From Rhizobium sp. Q54 (GTDB lineage Bacteria > Pseudomonadota > Alphaproteobacteria > UBA2966 > CAIVPW01): a stretch of 64,000 nt of DNA. Positions within the stretch are counted from its first letter, which is position 1. Each line of letters opens with the position of its first letter. Below, one piece after another: positions 21,667-30,869 of the stretch. Made by a program: the position numbers and the translations under genes. Below the pieces are notes generated by a model. That model ran no database searches and was not told the DNA's origin. It was given only the letters and a program-made list of their open reading frames with translations. Location of the stretch: assembly GCA_945904955.1 (NCBI GenBank), contig CAMDPO010000011.1, forward strand, positions 259-64,258, given 5' to 3'.

Positions 21667-21796
21667 ACCTGGGTGCTAGCTCCGACTGCCTGAATTCGCC
21701 CGGATTTCCGGCCCAAATCGCCCGGGCCACCGTAGGCAAAGCAGGTGCCGGGGGTTATAGTCCGCCCCTCGTTTCAGTTCCATTCCAGAGCACCGC

Positions 21797-22213
21797 ATGT
21801 TCGTCACACCCGCCTATGCCCAGGCACAAGGCGCGACAGGCATTGAGACCCTGTGGTCCTTCCTGCCGATCATCCTGATCTTCTTTGTCCTCTACTTCCT
21901 GCTGTTCCGGCCCCAGCAGAAGAAGCAGCGCGAGCATCAGGCCATGGTCGACGCCGTGAAGCGCGGCGACCAGGTGGTCACTGCCGGCGGCATCGTCGGC
22001 AAGGTCGTCAAGGTGGGCGAAGAGGGCCGCATCACGGTCGAGATCGCCCCCAACGTGAAGGTCGAGGTGCTCAGATCGACCCTCGCCGACGTCTTGTCCA
22101 AGCCTATTCCCGCCGACGCCGGCAAGGGCAGGGGCAAGGACAAAGACAAGACCGTGCCCAAGGCGGCGGAGCCTGAGCCCGCGGCCGACGACACCCAGAA
22201 GGCGAACCCCTAG
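21797..22213 (+). CDS. yajC: preprotein translocase subunit YajC
   Basis: TM helix plus conserved GD.VVT.GGI.GKV core. Immediately upstream of secDF. Confidence 0.85.
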   Translation: MFVTPAYAQAQGATGIETLWSFLPIILIFFVLYFLLFRPQQKKQREHQAMVDAVKRGDQVVTAGGIVGKVVKVGEEGRITVEIAPNVKVEVLRSTLADVLSKPIPADAGKGRGKDKDKTVPKAAEPEPAADDTQKANP

Positions 22214-22222
22214 GCCCCACCC

Positions 22223-23845
22223 ATGTTGTATTTCGCGCGCTGGAAGGTCCTGGCGATCATTGCCGCTCTGGTTGCCGGGTTCGTGTACCTGGCGCCGAAC
22301 TTCATGCCGGTGGCGACGCGGGCCTCGCTGCCCGAGTGGTTCCCTCACAAAGCTATCAATCTGGGATTGGACTTACGGGGCGGTTCTCAGCTTTTGCTTG
22401 AAGTCGATACGCGCGCCGTGGTGCGCGAGCGGCTCACCGCCGTCGTCGACGACACCCGCACCGCGCTCCGCGAAGTTGGCATTGGCTACGCGCCGGCGCC
22501 GGCCGTGGGCGCCGACAACGTCATCCGCTTCAGCCTGGTGAAGCCGGAGGCCATCGCCGAGGCGCGGACGAAGATCGAGGCCCTCGCCCTCGCGGTGCAG
22601 ACCGGCGCGTTCGGAACCAACCAGCCCGACATCGCCGTCACCAACAACGGCGTCGAATTCGAGATCCGCCTGTCCGAGGCGGCGGCTACCCAGCGCGCCC
22701 TCAACGCCGTCCAGCAGTCCATCGAGGTCGTGCGCCGCCGCATCGACGAGACCGGCACCGCCGAGCCGTCCATCCAGCGCCAGGGCACCGGCCGCATCCT
22801 CGTCCAGCTGCCCGGTATCGACGACCCCGACCGCATCAAGCGCCTGCTCGGTCGCACCGCCAAGCTGACCTTCCAGATGGTCGACGACGGCATCTCGATC
22901 GCCGACGCGGGCGCCGGGCGCCTGCCGCCCGGCTCCGAGATCGTCGTGTCCGAGAACGAGTTCAACCTCGACGGCACGCCCATGCGCTATGTCCTGCGCA
23001 GCCGCGCCATCATCACCGGCGAGATGCTGGTCGACGCCCACCCCACCACCGACGGCCGCACCGGCCAGCCGGTCGTGTCGATGCGCTTCGATCCCACCGG
23101 CTCGCGCCGCTTCGGTGACACCACCACGGAGAACGTCGGCAAGCGCTTCGCCATCGTCCTCGACGGCAAGGTGATCAGCGCGCCCGTCATCCAGGAGCCG
23201 ATCTTGGGCGGCGTCGGCCAGATTTCCGGCAACTTCACCATTGCCTCGGCCAACGAGCTTGCCGTGCTGTTGCGCGCCGGCGCCCTGCCTGCCCCCCTCG
23301 TCGTGCTCGAGGAACGAACGGTCGGCCCGGGCCTTGGCGCCGACTCCGTGCGCGCCGGCCAGATCGCCTCGATCATCGGCCTGGTCGGCATGATCGCGTA
23401 CATGTTTGCCACCTACGGCCCGTTCGGCTTCTTCGCCAACATGGCGCTCGTCGTGAACATCGTGCTGATCATGGCCGTCATGACGGCCCTGCAGCAGGCC
23501 CTGACCTTGCCGGGCATCGCCGGCATCGTGCTCACCATGGGCATGGCGGTGGACGCCAACGTGCTCATAAACGAACGCATCCGCGAGGAAATCGCCGCCG
23601 GACGCACCGTGCTGTCGGCCCTCGAGGCCGGCTACAAGCGCGCCATGACGACCATCATCGACTCGAACCTGACGGCCTTCATCACCGGCGTGATCCTGTA
23701 TTTGCTCGGCACTGGCCTGGTGAAGGGCTTCGCCGTGACCCTCTGCATCGGCATCATCACCTCGATGTTCACCGCGGTGACGTTCTCGCGCTGGCTGACC
23801 TCGATGTGGGTGATGCGCGCGCGCCCCCGCACCATCGAGGTCTGA
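22223..23845 (+). CDS. secD: protein translocase subunit SecD
   Basis: 540 aa. Periplasmic domain and 6-TM C-terminal domain with SecD/F family motifs. Confidence 0.9.
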   Translation: MLYFARWKVLAIIAALVAGFVYLAPNFMPVATRASLPEWFPHKAINLGLDLRGGSQLLLEVDTRAVVRERLTAVVDDTRTALREVGIGYAPAPAVGADNVIRFSLVKPEAIAEARTKIEALALAVQTGAFGTNQPDIAVTNNGVEFEIRLSEAAATQRALNAVQQSIEVVRRRIDETGTAEPSIQRQGTGRILVQLPGIDDPDRIKRLLGRTAKLTFQMVDDGISIADAGAGRLPPGSEIVVSENEFNLDGTPMRYVLRSRAIITGEMLVDAHPTTDGRTGQPVVSMRFDPTGSRRFGDTTTENVGKRFAIVLDGKVISAPVIQEPILGGVGQISGNFTIASANELAVLLRAGALPAPLVVLEERTVGPGLGADSVRAGQIASIIGLVGMIAYMFATYGPFGFFANMALVVNIVLIMAVMTALQQALTLPGIAGIVLTMGMAVDANVLINERIREEIAAGRTVLSALEAGYKRAMTTIIDSNLTAFITGVILYLLGTGLVKGFAVTLCIGIITSMFTAVTFSRWLTSMWVMRARPRTIEV

Positions 23846-23848
23846 GCC

Positions 23849-24808
23849 ATGGCCTTCCGCCTCAAGCTCGTCCCGGACCGCTCCAACTTCAACTTCATGA
23901 AGTGGCGCCAGGTCGGCTTCCTGTTCTCGGCGCTGCTGACCTACGTCTCGCTCGGCATTCTGTTCACCAGCGGCCTCAACCTCGGTATCGACCTCAAGGG
24001 CGGCCTCATGATCGAGGTGCGCACCATGCAGACGCCCGATCTCGGCGCTATGCGTGCCGCCGTCGACGGCCTCAACCTCGGCGAAGCCGGCATGCAGCAG
24101 CTCGGCGCCGACAACGACGTGCTGCTGCGCCTGCCGCAGCAGCCCGGCGGCGAGCAGGCCAACCAGGAACTCGCCGCCCGCGTCAAAGTCGCCCTGGAAG
24201 AAGTGGTCGGCGCCGTCGAGTACCGCCGCGTCGAGTTCGTCGGCCCGCAGGTGTCGGGCGAGCTCATCGTCAACGGCGCGCTCGCTGTCGGCCTCGCCAT
24301 CACGGCGATGCTCGCCTACATCTGGATCCGCTTCGAATGGCAGTTCGGCATCGGCACGACGATGGCGCTGGTCTTCGATGCCGTAACCACGCTCGGACTC
24401 TTTTCGCTGCTGCAGCTCGAATTCAACCTGCCGATCATCGCGGCCATCCTCACGACCATCGGCTACTCGATGAACGACAAGGTCGTGATCTTCGACCGCG
24501 TGCGCGAGAATCTGCGTAAGTACCGCTCGATGCCGCTGATCGATCTGCTCAACCGCTCGATCAACGACACCCTCGCGCGCACCATCAACACCAGCTTCAC
24601 CACCCTCATCGCGGTGCTGGCGCTGCTGTTCTTCGGCGGCGACGTGCTGCGCGAGTTCAACCTCGCCATGACCTGGGGCGTGTTCATCGGCACGTTCTCG
24701 TCGATGTACATCGCCGTGCCGGCGCTGCTCTACCTGAGCCTCAATCGCGGTGCGGTGGCGCGCGAGCCGTCGTCCGCCGCCACTCCGGCAGCTTCGCCGG
24801 CCGAGTAG
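23849..24808 (+). CDS. secF: protein translocase subunit SecF
   Basis: 319 aa. LNLGIDLKGG motif and 6 TM helices. Confidence 0.9.
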   Translation: MAFRLKLVPDRSNFNFMKWRQVGFLFSALLTYVSLGILFTSGLNLGIDLKGGLMIEVRTMQTPDLGAMRAAVDGLNLGEAGMQQLGADNDVLLRLPQQPGGEQANQELAARVKVALEEVVGAVEYRRVEFVGPQVSGELIVNGALAVGLAITAMLAYIWIRFEWQFGIGTTMALVFDAVTTLGLFSLLQLEFNLPIIAAILTTIGYSMNDKVVIFDRVRENLRKYRSMPLIDLLNRSINDTLARTINTSFTTLIAVLALLFFGGDVLREFNLAMTWGVFIGTFSSMYIAVPALLYLSLNRGAVAREPSSAATPAASPAE

Positions 24809-25189
24809 ATGGCGGTCGAGGCCATCCCGCTGGTCGCGCGGGGCCGCCAGCAAGTCATCCAGAGCTACGGCGGCGGCGGCTTTGCCATCGCTGGCCAGCG
24901 CCATCGCGGCGACGTATTGGTCTTCCCCGAGCGCACCGTCGCCTGGGCCGGCAGCGCCGACCCATCGCTCGAGTCGCTCGCAGCGATCACCGTGGCCGAC
25001 GCCGACATCAAGCTTCTTTTGCTCGGCCTCGGCGCGAGCGGCGGCCTCGCCACGCCGGCCCTGCGCGCCGCGCTCAAGCAGTCCGGCATCGCGGTCGAAG
25101 CCATGACGACCGCCGCCGCGTGCCGTACCTTCAACGTTCTGCTGGCCGAGGAACGCCGCGTCGCCGCCGCTCTATTGGCTATCGACTAA
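24809..25189 (+). CDS. Mth938-like domain protein (DUF498)
   Basis: 126 aa. Conserved position immediately after secF in alphaproteobacteria. Start abuts the secF stop. Confidence 0.55.
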   Translation: MAVEAIPLVARGRQQVIQSYGGGGFAIAGQRHRGDVLVFPERTVAWAGSADPSLESLAAITVADADIKLLLLGLGASGGLATPALRAALKQSGIAVEAMTTAAACRTFNVLLAEERRVAAALLAID

Positions 25190-25203
25190 ACGAAACCCTC
25201 CCC

Positions 25204-25276
25204 CATGCCTTGGGGGAGGGTTGCGAGACTTGGCGCGCAGCGCCTAGTCGCAGCTGGGTGAGGGGAGAGTGAATCG
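25204..25276. repeat. REP-like palindromic element (family A/D)
   Basis: ccctcccccatgccttgggggaggg...gctgggtgaggggag, a near copy of 16805-16885. Confidence 0.6.
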
Positions 25277-25280
25277 CGTG

Positions 25281-25418
25281 ATGAACAAGTCCAAGTGGTC
25301 CGTGGTCATCTTCCTCGTCGTTGCGGTCCTCTTGGTCGCCAGCGCCGTCGGCGTCACCCATTACCTCGCAGGCACTGTCATCCTGCCGGACGAGCAAGCC
25401 GACCCGCACGCGCCCTAA
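25281..25418 (+). CDS. hypothetical small single-pass membrane protein (45 aa)
   Basis: ATG preceded by GTG, one hydrophobic helix (VVIFLVVAVLLVASAVGV), TAA stop. Sits between a REP element and the PQQ dehydrogenase. Not in the >=60-aa ORF track. Confidence 0.3.
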   Translation: MNKSKWSVVIFLVVAVLLVASAVGVTHYLAGTVILPDEQADPHAP

Positions 25419-25548
25419 GGTCCGCGACCTAGCATCGCAACGTCCGGTTGTGGTTTTCCCGCCGCCGCTTGTTGAATGCTAGACTTCGTTGTCTCGGGTT
25501 GGGAGACCTGGGTGGGAGTAGCGCGTTCGCAAGGCGCGCGCAGGGAGT

Positions 25549-27360
25549 TTGGGCATGGTCAGCCGCGGCAGGACGTGGCGGCGCGGAGTCATCTGCGCGG
25601 CGGCATTGGCTGTCTGTGCCTCGTCGCATCCGGCAGCGGCGCGTGACGTCACCGACACGCGCCTCGTCAACGCCGATGCCGAGCCCGACAACTGGCTGCA
25701 TCACCACGCGAACTACGCCGGCCATCGCTTCGGCAACCTGACCCAGATCAACGCCGGCAACGTCCGCACCCTCAAGCTCGCAGCGATGGTCCTGCTCGCC
25801 GGCCAGACCCGCGCCGAGGGCGGCCGCCAGGGTATGACGCGGCTCGAGGGCACGCCGCTCGCCGAAGACGGGTTTGTCTACGTCACCGACGGTTGGGGCT
25901 CGCTCTACAAGCTCGACTTGCGCAGCGGCAGCCGCGCCGACTTCGTCTGGAAGATGGACCCGCGCCTCGACAAGGTGTGGGCCGGCGACGTCGCCTGCTG
26001 CGGTGTCAACAACCGCGGCGCCGCGCTGTGGAAGGACCAGGTCATCTCCATCGCCTTGGATGGCCGCCTGTTCGCGGTCCACAAAGACTCCGGTCAGATC
26101 ACCTGGGAGCGCAAGGTCGCCGATCCCGGCGTCGCCGAGACGCTCACCACCGCGCCCCTCGTCATCCGCGACATGGCAATCGTCGGCCCCGCCGGCGCCG
26201 AGTACGGCATCCGCGGCTGGTTGGAGGCCACCGACCTCGTCAACGGCACGCCCATCTGGCGCACCTACACGATCCCGGCCAAAGGTGAGAGGGGTAACGC
26301 GACCTGGGCGGACACCTACAACGCCTGGGAAACCGGCGGCGGCTCCATCTGGGTGACCGGCACCTACGATCCGCAGATCAACCTGATGTACTGGGGCACC
26401 GGCAATCCGGCGCCGCAGATCGACGCCGAGTATCGCCCGGGCGACAACCTCTACACCGACAGCCTGCTGGCGATGGATCCCAACACCGGCGCCATCAAGT
26501 GGTTCTTCCAGTACACGCCCAACGATCCGTTCGATTACGACGAGGTCGCCGAGCATCCGCTCATCGACCTCGACATTGGCGGCACCATGCGCCGGCTGGT
26601 CACCCACGCCGGCCGCAACGGATTCTTCTACGGCTTCGATCGCGTTTCCGGCGAGTTCCTCTACGGCCGCCAGTACCCGAACCTCGTCACCTGGACCAAC
26701 GGCCTCGATCCCAAGACCGGGCGCCCGCTCGCCTACAACCCGAACACCGCGGTGCAGCAATACAACCTCGGCACGGTGCCGCGCCGCGGCGTCGTCGGCG
26801 TGTTCTGCCCGGCGCTCGCCGGCGGCAAGAACTGGGAGCCGTCGTCCTACAGCCGCACCCTGCGCACGGTGTTCACGCCGTCCACCGAAGGCTGCTCGGC
26901 CTACGTCGCCGAGAACGACGGCCACTTCGAGGGCAAGCTCGGCGGCACCTTTCGGAAGCGCGCCATGTGGGACGGCCGCGCCCCGGCGCCGCCCGACACG
27001 CCGCTGCCGCTGGCGCAGACCGCGTTCTCCCTCAACGCCATCGACCCGCGCACCGGCGAGGTGCGCTTCAAGCTGATGCAGGACGTCAAGACCTGGGGCG
27101 TGCTCGCCACTGCCGGCGGCATCGTGTTCGGCGGCAACCAACTCGGCGACGTCTTCGCCCTGGACGCACGCACCCTCAACACCCTGTGGACCTTCAACGT
27201 CGGCACCCCCATCCAGGCGCCACCCATGACCTTCGCGGTCGGCGGCCGCCAGTACGTCGCCATCATGGCCGGCGGCGCCGCCGGCGCCGCCCAGCGCGTC
27301 CTGCGCAACTCCACGGCGTTCTTCACGCCATCCAACTACGTCTTCTTTTTCGCGCTATAA
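25549..27360 (+). CDS. PQQ-dependent dehydrogenase, methanol/ethanol family (8-bladed propeller), paralog 1
   Basis: Signal peptide, vicinal disulfide CC (DVACCGVNNRG), tryptophan-docking repeats, active-site FDYDE. 603 aa. Confidence 0.8.
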   Translation: MGMVSRGRTWRRGVICAAALAVCASSHPAAARDVTDTRLVNADAEPDNWLHHHANYAGHRFGNLTQINAGNVRTLKLAAMVLLAGQTRAEGGRQGMTRLEGTPLAEDGFVYVTDGWGSLYKLDLRSGSRADFVWKMDPRLDKVWAGDVACCGVNNRGAALWKDQVISIALDGRLFAVHKDSGQITWERKVADPGVAETLTTAPLVIRDMAIVGPAGAEYGIRGWLEATDLVNGTPIWRTYTIPAKGERGNATWADTYNAWETGGGSIWVTGTYDPQINLMYWGTGNPAPQIDAEYRPGDNLYTDSLLAMDPNTGAIKWFFQYTPNDPFDYDEVAEHPLIDLDIGGTMRRLVTHAGRNGFFYGFDRVSGEFLYGRQYPNLVTWTNGLDPKTGRPLAYNPNTAVQQYNLGTVPRRGVVGVFCPALAGGKNWEPSSYSRTLRTVFTPSTEGCSAYVAENDGHFEGKLGGTFRKRAMWDGRAPAPPDTPLPLAQTAFSLNAIDPRTGEVRFKLMQDVKTWGVLATAGGIVFGGNQLGDVFALDARTLNTLWTFNVGTPIQAPPMTFAVGGRQYVAIMAGGAAGAAQRVLRNSTAFFTPSNYVFFFAL

Positions 27361-27369
27361 CAGATCGTT

Positions 27370-27398
27370 GTCATTGCGAGCGAAGCGAAGCAATCCAG
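27370..27398. repeat. REP element family B (GTCATTGCGAGCGAAGCGAAGCAATCCAG)
   Basis: Perfect hairpin with GCGAAGCGAAGC loop region. Matches 53806-53834 and the arms of 20635-20745. Confidence 0.6.
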
Positions 27399-27400
27399 TG

Positions 27401-28000
27401 ATGGCTAGATCATTCGCCTTCGGTGCGGCTGTGGCCGCGGCGCTGTGGATCGCTCCCGCGTCCGCCAACCACGAACCCGACTACGCCGAGCGCGTGCGCT
27501 ACTGCGCGACCCTGTCGTACGCCCTGGTCGAATCGATCATCACTTTCCGGGAAAGCATCGACGTCGCCATCGACGCGACCGGCGTGCTGCCCAACGCCAC
27601 CGACCAACGCATCATGGACGTCGTCGCGCGCGCCACCAGCGCCGGGGCCGGACGCATGTTCGACAATCTCAGTGAATGCTTGATCGCGCTGGGCGACGAC
27701 CTCGAGCGCGAGGAGAACGCCAACCTCGCTGCCCAGGGCATCGCCGTCGAGATCGACTTCGCCATCGAGGAAGTCGGCGCGGTGTTCACCACCATCGAGG
27801 AAGGCGAGGGCACCCTGCGCCGCAAGTGGGGCGCCGCCGGTGCCGCCCAGGCCGCGAGCGCCCTGCAGACGTTCCGCGACTTCGCCCTCGACCTCGAAGG
27901 CTACCTGGAAGAGGCCCGCGATTTCGTCGCCGTCCTCGTCGAGCGCACCGCGCCGGAAGGCGTCGTGCCGCCGCCCGACACCCCGCTGCGACCGCTCTAG
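27401..28000 (+). CDS. hypothetical periplasmic protein (signal peptide, predicted all-helical)
   Basis: Start reassigned to ATG after the REP element (MARSFAFGAAVAAALWIAPASA signal). No recognisable motifs. Sits between the two PQQ dehydrogenases. Confidence 0.45.
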   Translation: MARSFAFGAAVAAALWIAPASANHEPDYAERVRYCATLSYALVESIITFRESIDVAIDATGVLPNATDQRIMDVVARATSAGAGRMFDNLSECLIALGDDLEREENANLAAQGIAVEIDFAIEEVGAVFTTIEEGEGTLRRKWGAAGAAQAASALQTFRDFALDLEGYLEEARDFVAVLVERTAPEGVVPPPDTPLRPL

Positions 28001-28078
28001 CGCCACTTCGCCTTCCCGGCACGGGGGGAGGGCAGGGTGTGAGGAGCAACCAACGCGCGCGGCAGCGCGCCCTTGCGT

Positions 28079-28882
28079 CTACCGCGCTGTCCCCGCTACC
28101 TCGCCGTCCGGCATCACCGTGTCGACAATCGTCGCACCGGCAAACACCGTGTCGATCGTCGTCGCGCCCTGTAGCCGCGCGTTGGTGAGATTGGTGTCCA
28201 TGAGATTCGCGCCCGTCAGGTCCGCCCCATAGAGGTCCGCGTCCGTCAGGTTGGCGCCCTCCAGATTGGTGCCGCGCATCGTCGCGAACGGCAGGTCGGC
28301 GACTTCCAGGTTGGCGCCGCGCATGTCGAGGCGCCCGAGGTTGACCTGATCGAACCGCGATCCGCCCAAGTACGCGTTGCGGAACACCGTGCCGCCCACC
28401 GCCGCGTTGCGAAAGTCGGCGTCGATGAACTTGGCGCCTTCGAACGTCGCGCGCTGCAGCCGCGCCCGAATCAGAATCGTCTCGACGCCGTACGCCCCGC
28501 CGAAGTTCGCGCCGGTGCCATCCGCCAGGTACAGGTTGGCGCGCGTCAGCGTCGCCTCGCTCAGGTCGGCGCCGCGCACGTTGGCGCGCGACAGGTTGGC
28601 GCCCTCGAGGTCCGCGCCCTTCAGGTTGGCGCCTTCCAGGTTGGCGAGATAGAGGTTCGCCGCACCCAGGATGGCGCGCTCCAGGTTGGCGCCCTTCAGC
28701 TGGCGCCGCTGCAGGTCGGCGCCCTCCAGCGCACATCCGGCGCAATCATTGCTGTGCCCTGACAGGAACGCCGCCTCGCGCTCGCCAACCGGAGGAGTGG
28801 GTGGGGCCGGGGCCTGCGCAACGGCAGAGCCTGCGGCGACCGCCGCCGCGAGAGCACATCCAAGGAATCGAGCCGGCGCCAT
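28079..28882 (-). CDS. pentapeptide repeat protein with N-terminal signal peptide (periplasmic)
   Basis: About 40 tandem A(D/N)LxG/ANLxx pentapeptides. Start reassigned to MAPARFLGCALAAAVAAGSAVA (signal-like), 64 bp divergent from PQQ dehydrogenase 2. Confidence 0.7.
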   Translation of the reverse strand: MAPARFLGCALAAAVAAGSAVAQAPAPPTPPVGEREAAFLSGHSNDCAGCALEGADLQRRQLKGANLERAILGAANLYLANLEGANLKGADLEGANLSRANVRGADLSEATLTRANLYLADGTGANFGGAYGVETILIRARLQRATFEGAKFIDADFRNAAVGGTVFRNAYLGGSRFDQVNLGRLDMRGANLEVADLPFATMRGTNLEGANLTDADLYGADLTGANLMDTNLTNARLQGATTIDTVFAGATIVDTVMPDGEVAGTAR

Positions 28883-28946
28883 CGCTCCATCGTACCGGGC
28901 GGCCCCTGTTTGACCCACCCCCAGGCGGATGAAATAGTCGCTCGCA

Positions 28947-30773
28947 ATGACCCGGGCATTTCTCACCTCGACGGTTGCCGCTTTGGCGCTCGCCTTCGCG
29001 TTGCCCGCCACTGCCCGCGACATGACCCAGGCGCGCCTTGAGAATGCCCACACCGAGCCCGACAACTGGCTGGTGGTGAACGGAACCTATGCCGCGCAGC
29101 GCTACGCCAACCTTGGCCAGATCACCACGGCCAACATCCGGGATCTCACGCCGCGCATGATGGTGCTGCTCGGCGGCCAGATCCCGGCCCAGGGCGGCCG
29201 CTATGCCGTGACGCGCCTTGAAGGCACGCCGCTTGCCGAGGACGGATTCCTGTTCGTCTCCGATGGCTGGGGCGCCATCTACAAGATCGACGTGCGCTCC
29301 GGCACGCGCGCCGACTTCGTCTGGAAGTATGAGCCGCAGGTCGACAAGGTGTGGGCCGGCGACGTCGCCTGTTGTGGCATCAACAACCGCGGCGTCGGTC
29401 TGTGGAAGGACAGCGTCATCTCCGTCTCCCTCGACGGCCGCCTGCACCGCATCCACAAGGAGTCGGGGCAGGTCATCTGGGAGCGCAAGATCTACGACCC
29501 CGGCATCGCCGAGACGCTCACCGTGGCGCCGCTCGTCATCCGCGACCTCGCCATCGTCGGCTCGGCCGGCGGCGAGTACGGCATCCGTGGCTCCCTCGAC
29601 GCCACCGATCTCAATACCGGCAAGCAGGTTTGGCGCACCTTTACGGCCGGCGGCAATGACCGCGACCCCAACGAGAAGGCCAAGGCCACCTGGCTCGACA
29701 CCTACAACGCGTGGGAATCCGGCGGCGGCTCGATCTGGCAGACCGGCACCTTCGATCCGAGGCTCAACCTCACGTACTGGGGCACCGGCAATGCCGGGCC
29801 CGACTACGATCAGGAGTACCGTCCCGGCGACAACCTCTACGTCGCCTCGCTGCTGGCGCTGAATCCCGACGACGGCTTCATCAAGTGGTTCTTCCAATAC
29901 ACGCCGGGTGATCCGTTCGACTTCGACGAGGTCGCCGAGCACCCGCTCATCGACATCGAGGGCCGCACCCTCGTCGTGCACGCCGCGCGCAATGGCCACT
30001 TCTACGGCTTCGATCGTGCCACCGGCGCGTTCCAGTACGGCAAGCAGTATCCGACCGTGGTGACCTGGTCGGGCGGCATCGATCCGAAGACCGGACGTCC
30101 GATGACCTACGTGCCGGGTGCGCCGCTGCAAAAGTACGCGCCGGGCACGGTCGCCGACCGCGGCGGCGCCGTCGGCATGTTCTGTCCGGCCATCACCGGC
30201 GGCAAGAATTGGGAGCCGACGTCCTACAACCCGCAGCTCCGCACGATCTTCGTCACCTCGAATGAGGGCTGTACGGGCATGCGCACGGTGACGCGCCTCA
30301 ACCACTTCGAGGGCAAGCTCGACGGCACCAGCAAGAAGCGCTCGGCGTGGACCGGCGGCGCCACGCTCAACAACCAGCAGATGCTGGAGCGCGGCGTTAC
30401 CGACACGCGTCCCGTCACGATGGCCGGCAACTCGCTCAACGCCATCGACGTCACCAACGGTGAGGTGAAGACCAAGATCATCGTCAAGGCGAAGCTTTGG
30501 GGCACGGTCTCCACCGCCGGCGGCCTGACCTTCGGCTGCGACCAGTTCGGCGACCTGATGGCCTACGACAGCACCAACCTCGCGCCCTTGTGGTCCTTCA
30601 ACGTGGGGAGTCCGTGCGGCGCGCCGCCGATGTCGTACGCGTTCGGCGGCAAGCAGTACGTTGCCGTGCTGGTCGGCTACTCGCCGCCCAACACCCAAAC
30701 CGCCACCCAGGGCGGCCGCCCCGGCGCCAACCTGATGACGCCGTCCAACTTCCTCGTCGTGTTCGGGCTCTAG
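28947..30773 (+). CDS. PQQ-dependent dehydrogenase, methanol/ethanol family, paralog 2
   Basis: About 65% identical to paralog 1. Signal peptide, ACCGINNRG, active-site FDFDE. 608 aa. Confidence 0.8.
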   Translation: MTRAFLTSTVAALALAFALPATARDMTQARLENAHTEPDNWLVVNGTYAAQRYANLGQITTANIRDLTPRMMVLLGGQIPAQGGRYAVTRLEGTPLAEDGFLFVSDGWGAIYKIDVRSGTRADFVWKYEPQVDKVWAGDVACCGINNRGVGLWKDSVISVSLDGRLHRIHKESGQVIWERKIYDPGIAETLTVAPLVIRDLAIVGSAGGEYGIRGSLDATDLNTGKQVWRTFTAGGNDRDPNEKAKATWLDTYNAWESGGGSIWQTGTFDPRLNLTYWGTGNAGPDYDQEYRPGDNLYVASLLALNPDDGFIKWFFQYTPGDPFDFDEVAEHPLIDIEGRTLVVHAARNGHFYGFDRATGAFQYGKQYPTVVTWSGGIDPKTGRPMTYVPGAPLQKYAPGTVADRGGAVGMFCPAITGGKNWEPTSYNPQLRTIFVTSNEGCTGMRTVTRLNHFEGKLDGTSKKRSAWTGGATLNNQQMLERGVTDTRPVTMAGNSLNAIDVTNGEVKTKIIVKAKLWGTVSTAGGLTFGCDQFGDLMAYDSTNLAPLWSFNVGSPCGAPPMSYAFGGKQYVAVLVGYSPPNTQTATQGGRPGANLMTPSNFLVVFGL

Positions 30774-30869
30774 GGAGCTACGACCCGTTCCTTCCCAGCA
30801 GGCGCAGCAGGACTAGCGGGAGGTTTGGCGCGCAGGCGTACCCCGCCCAGAAGCGCGTAGAATGCACGC

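Noticed and set aside
27368-27400. N-terminal extension MSLRAKRSNPVMAR of the 199-aa periplasmic protein, and the similar 5' extension (56707-56721) of the DUF559 gene
   Set aside because: Both extensions are translations of REP element sequence (family B at 27368-27400, family C at 56707-56721). The true starts are the ATGs immediately downstream of the repeats.
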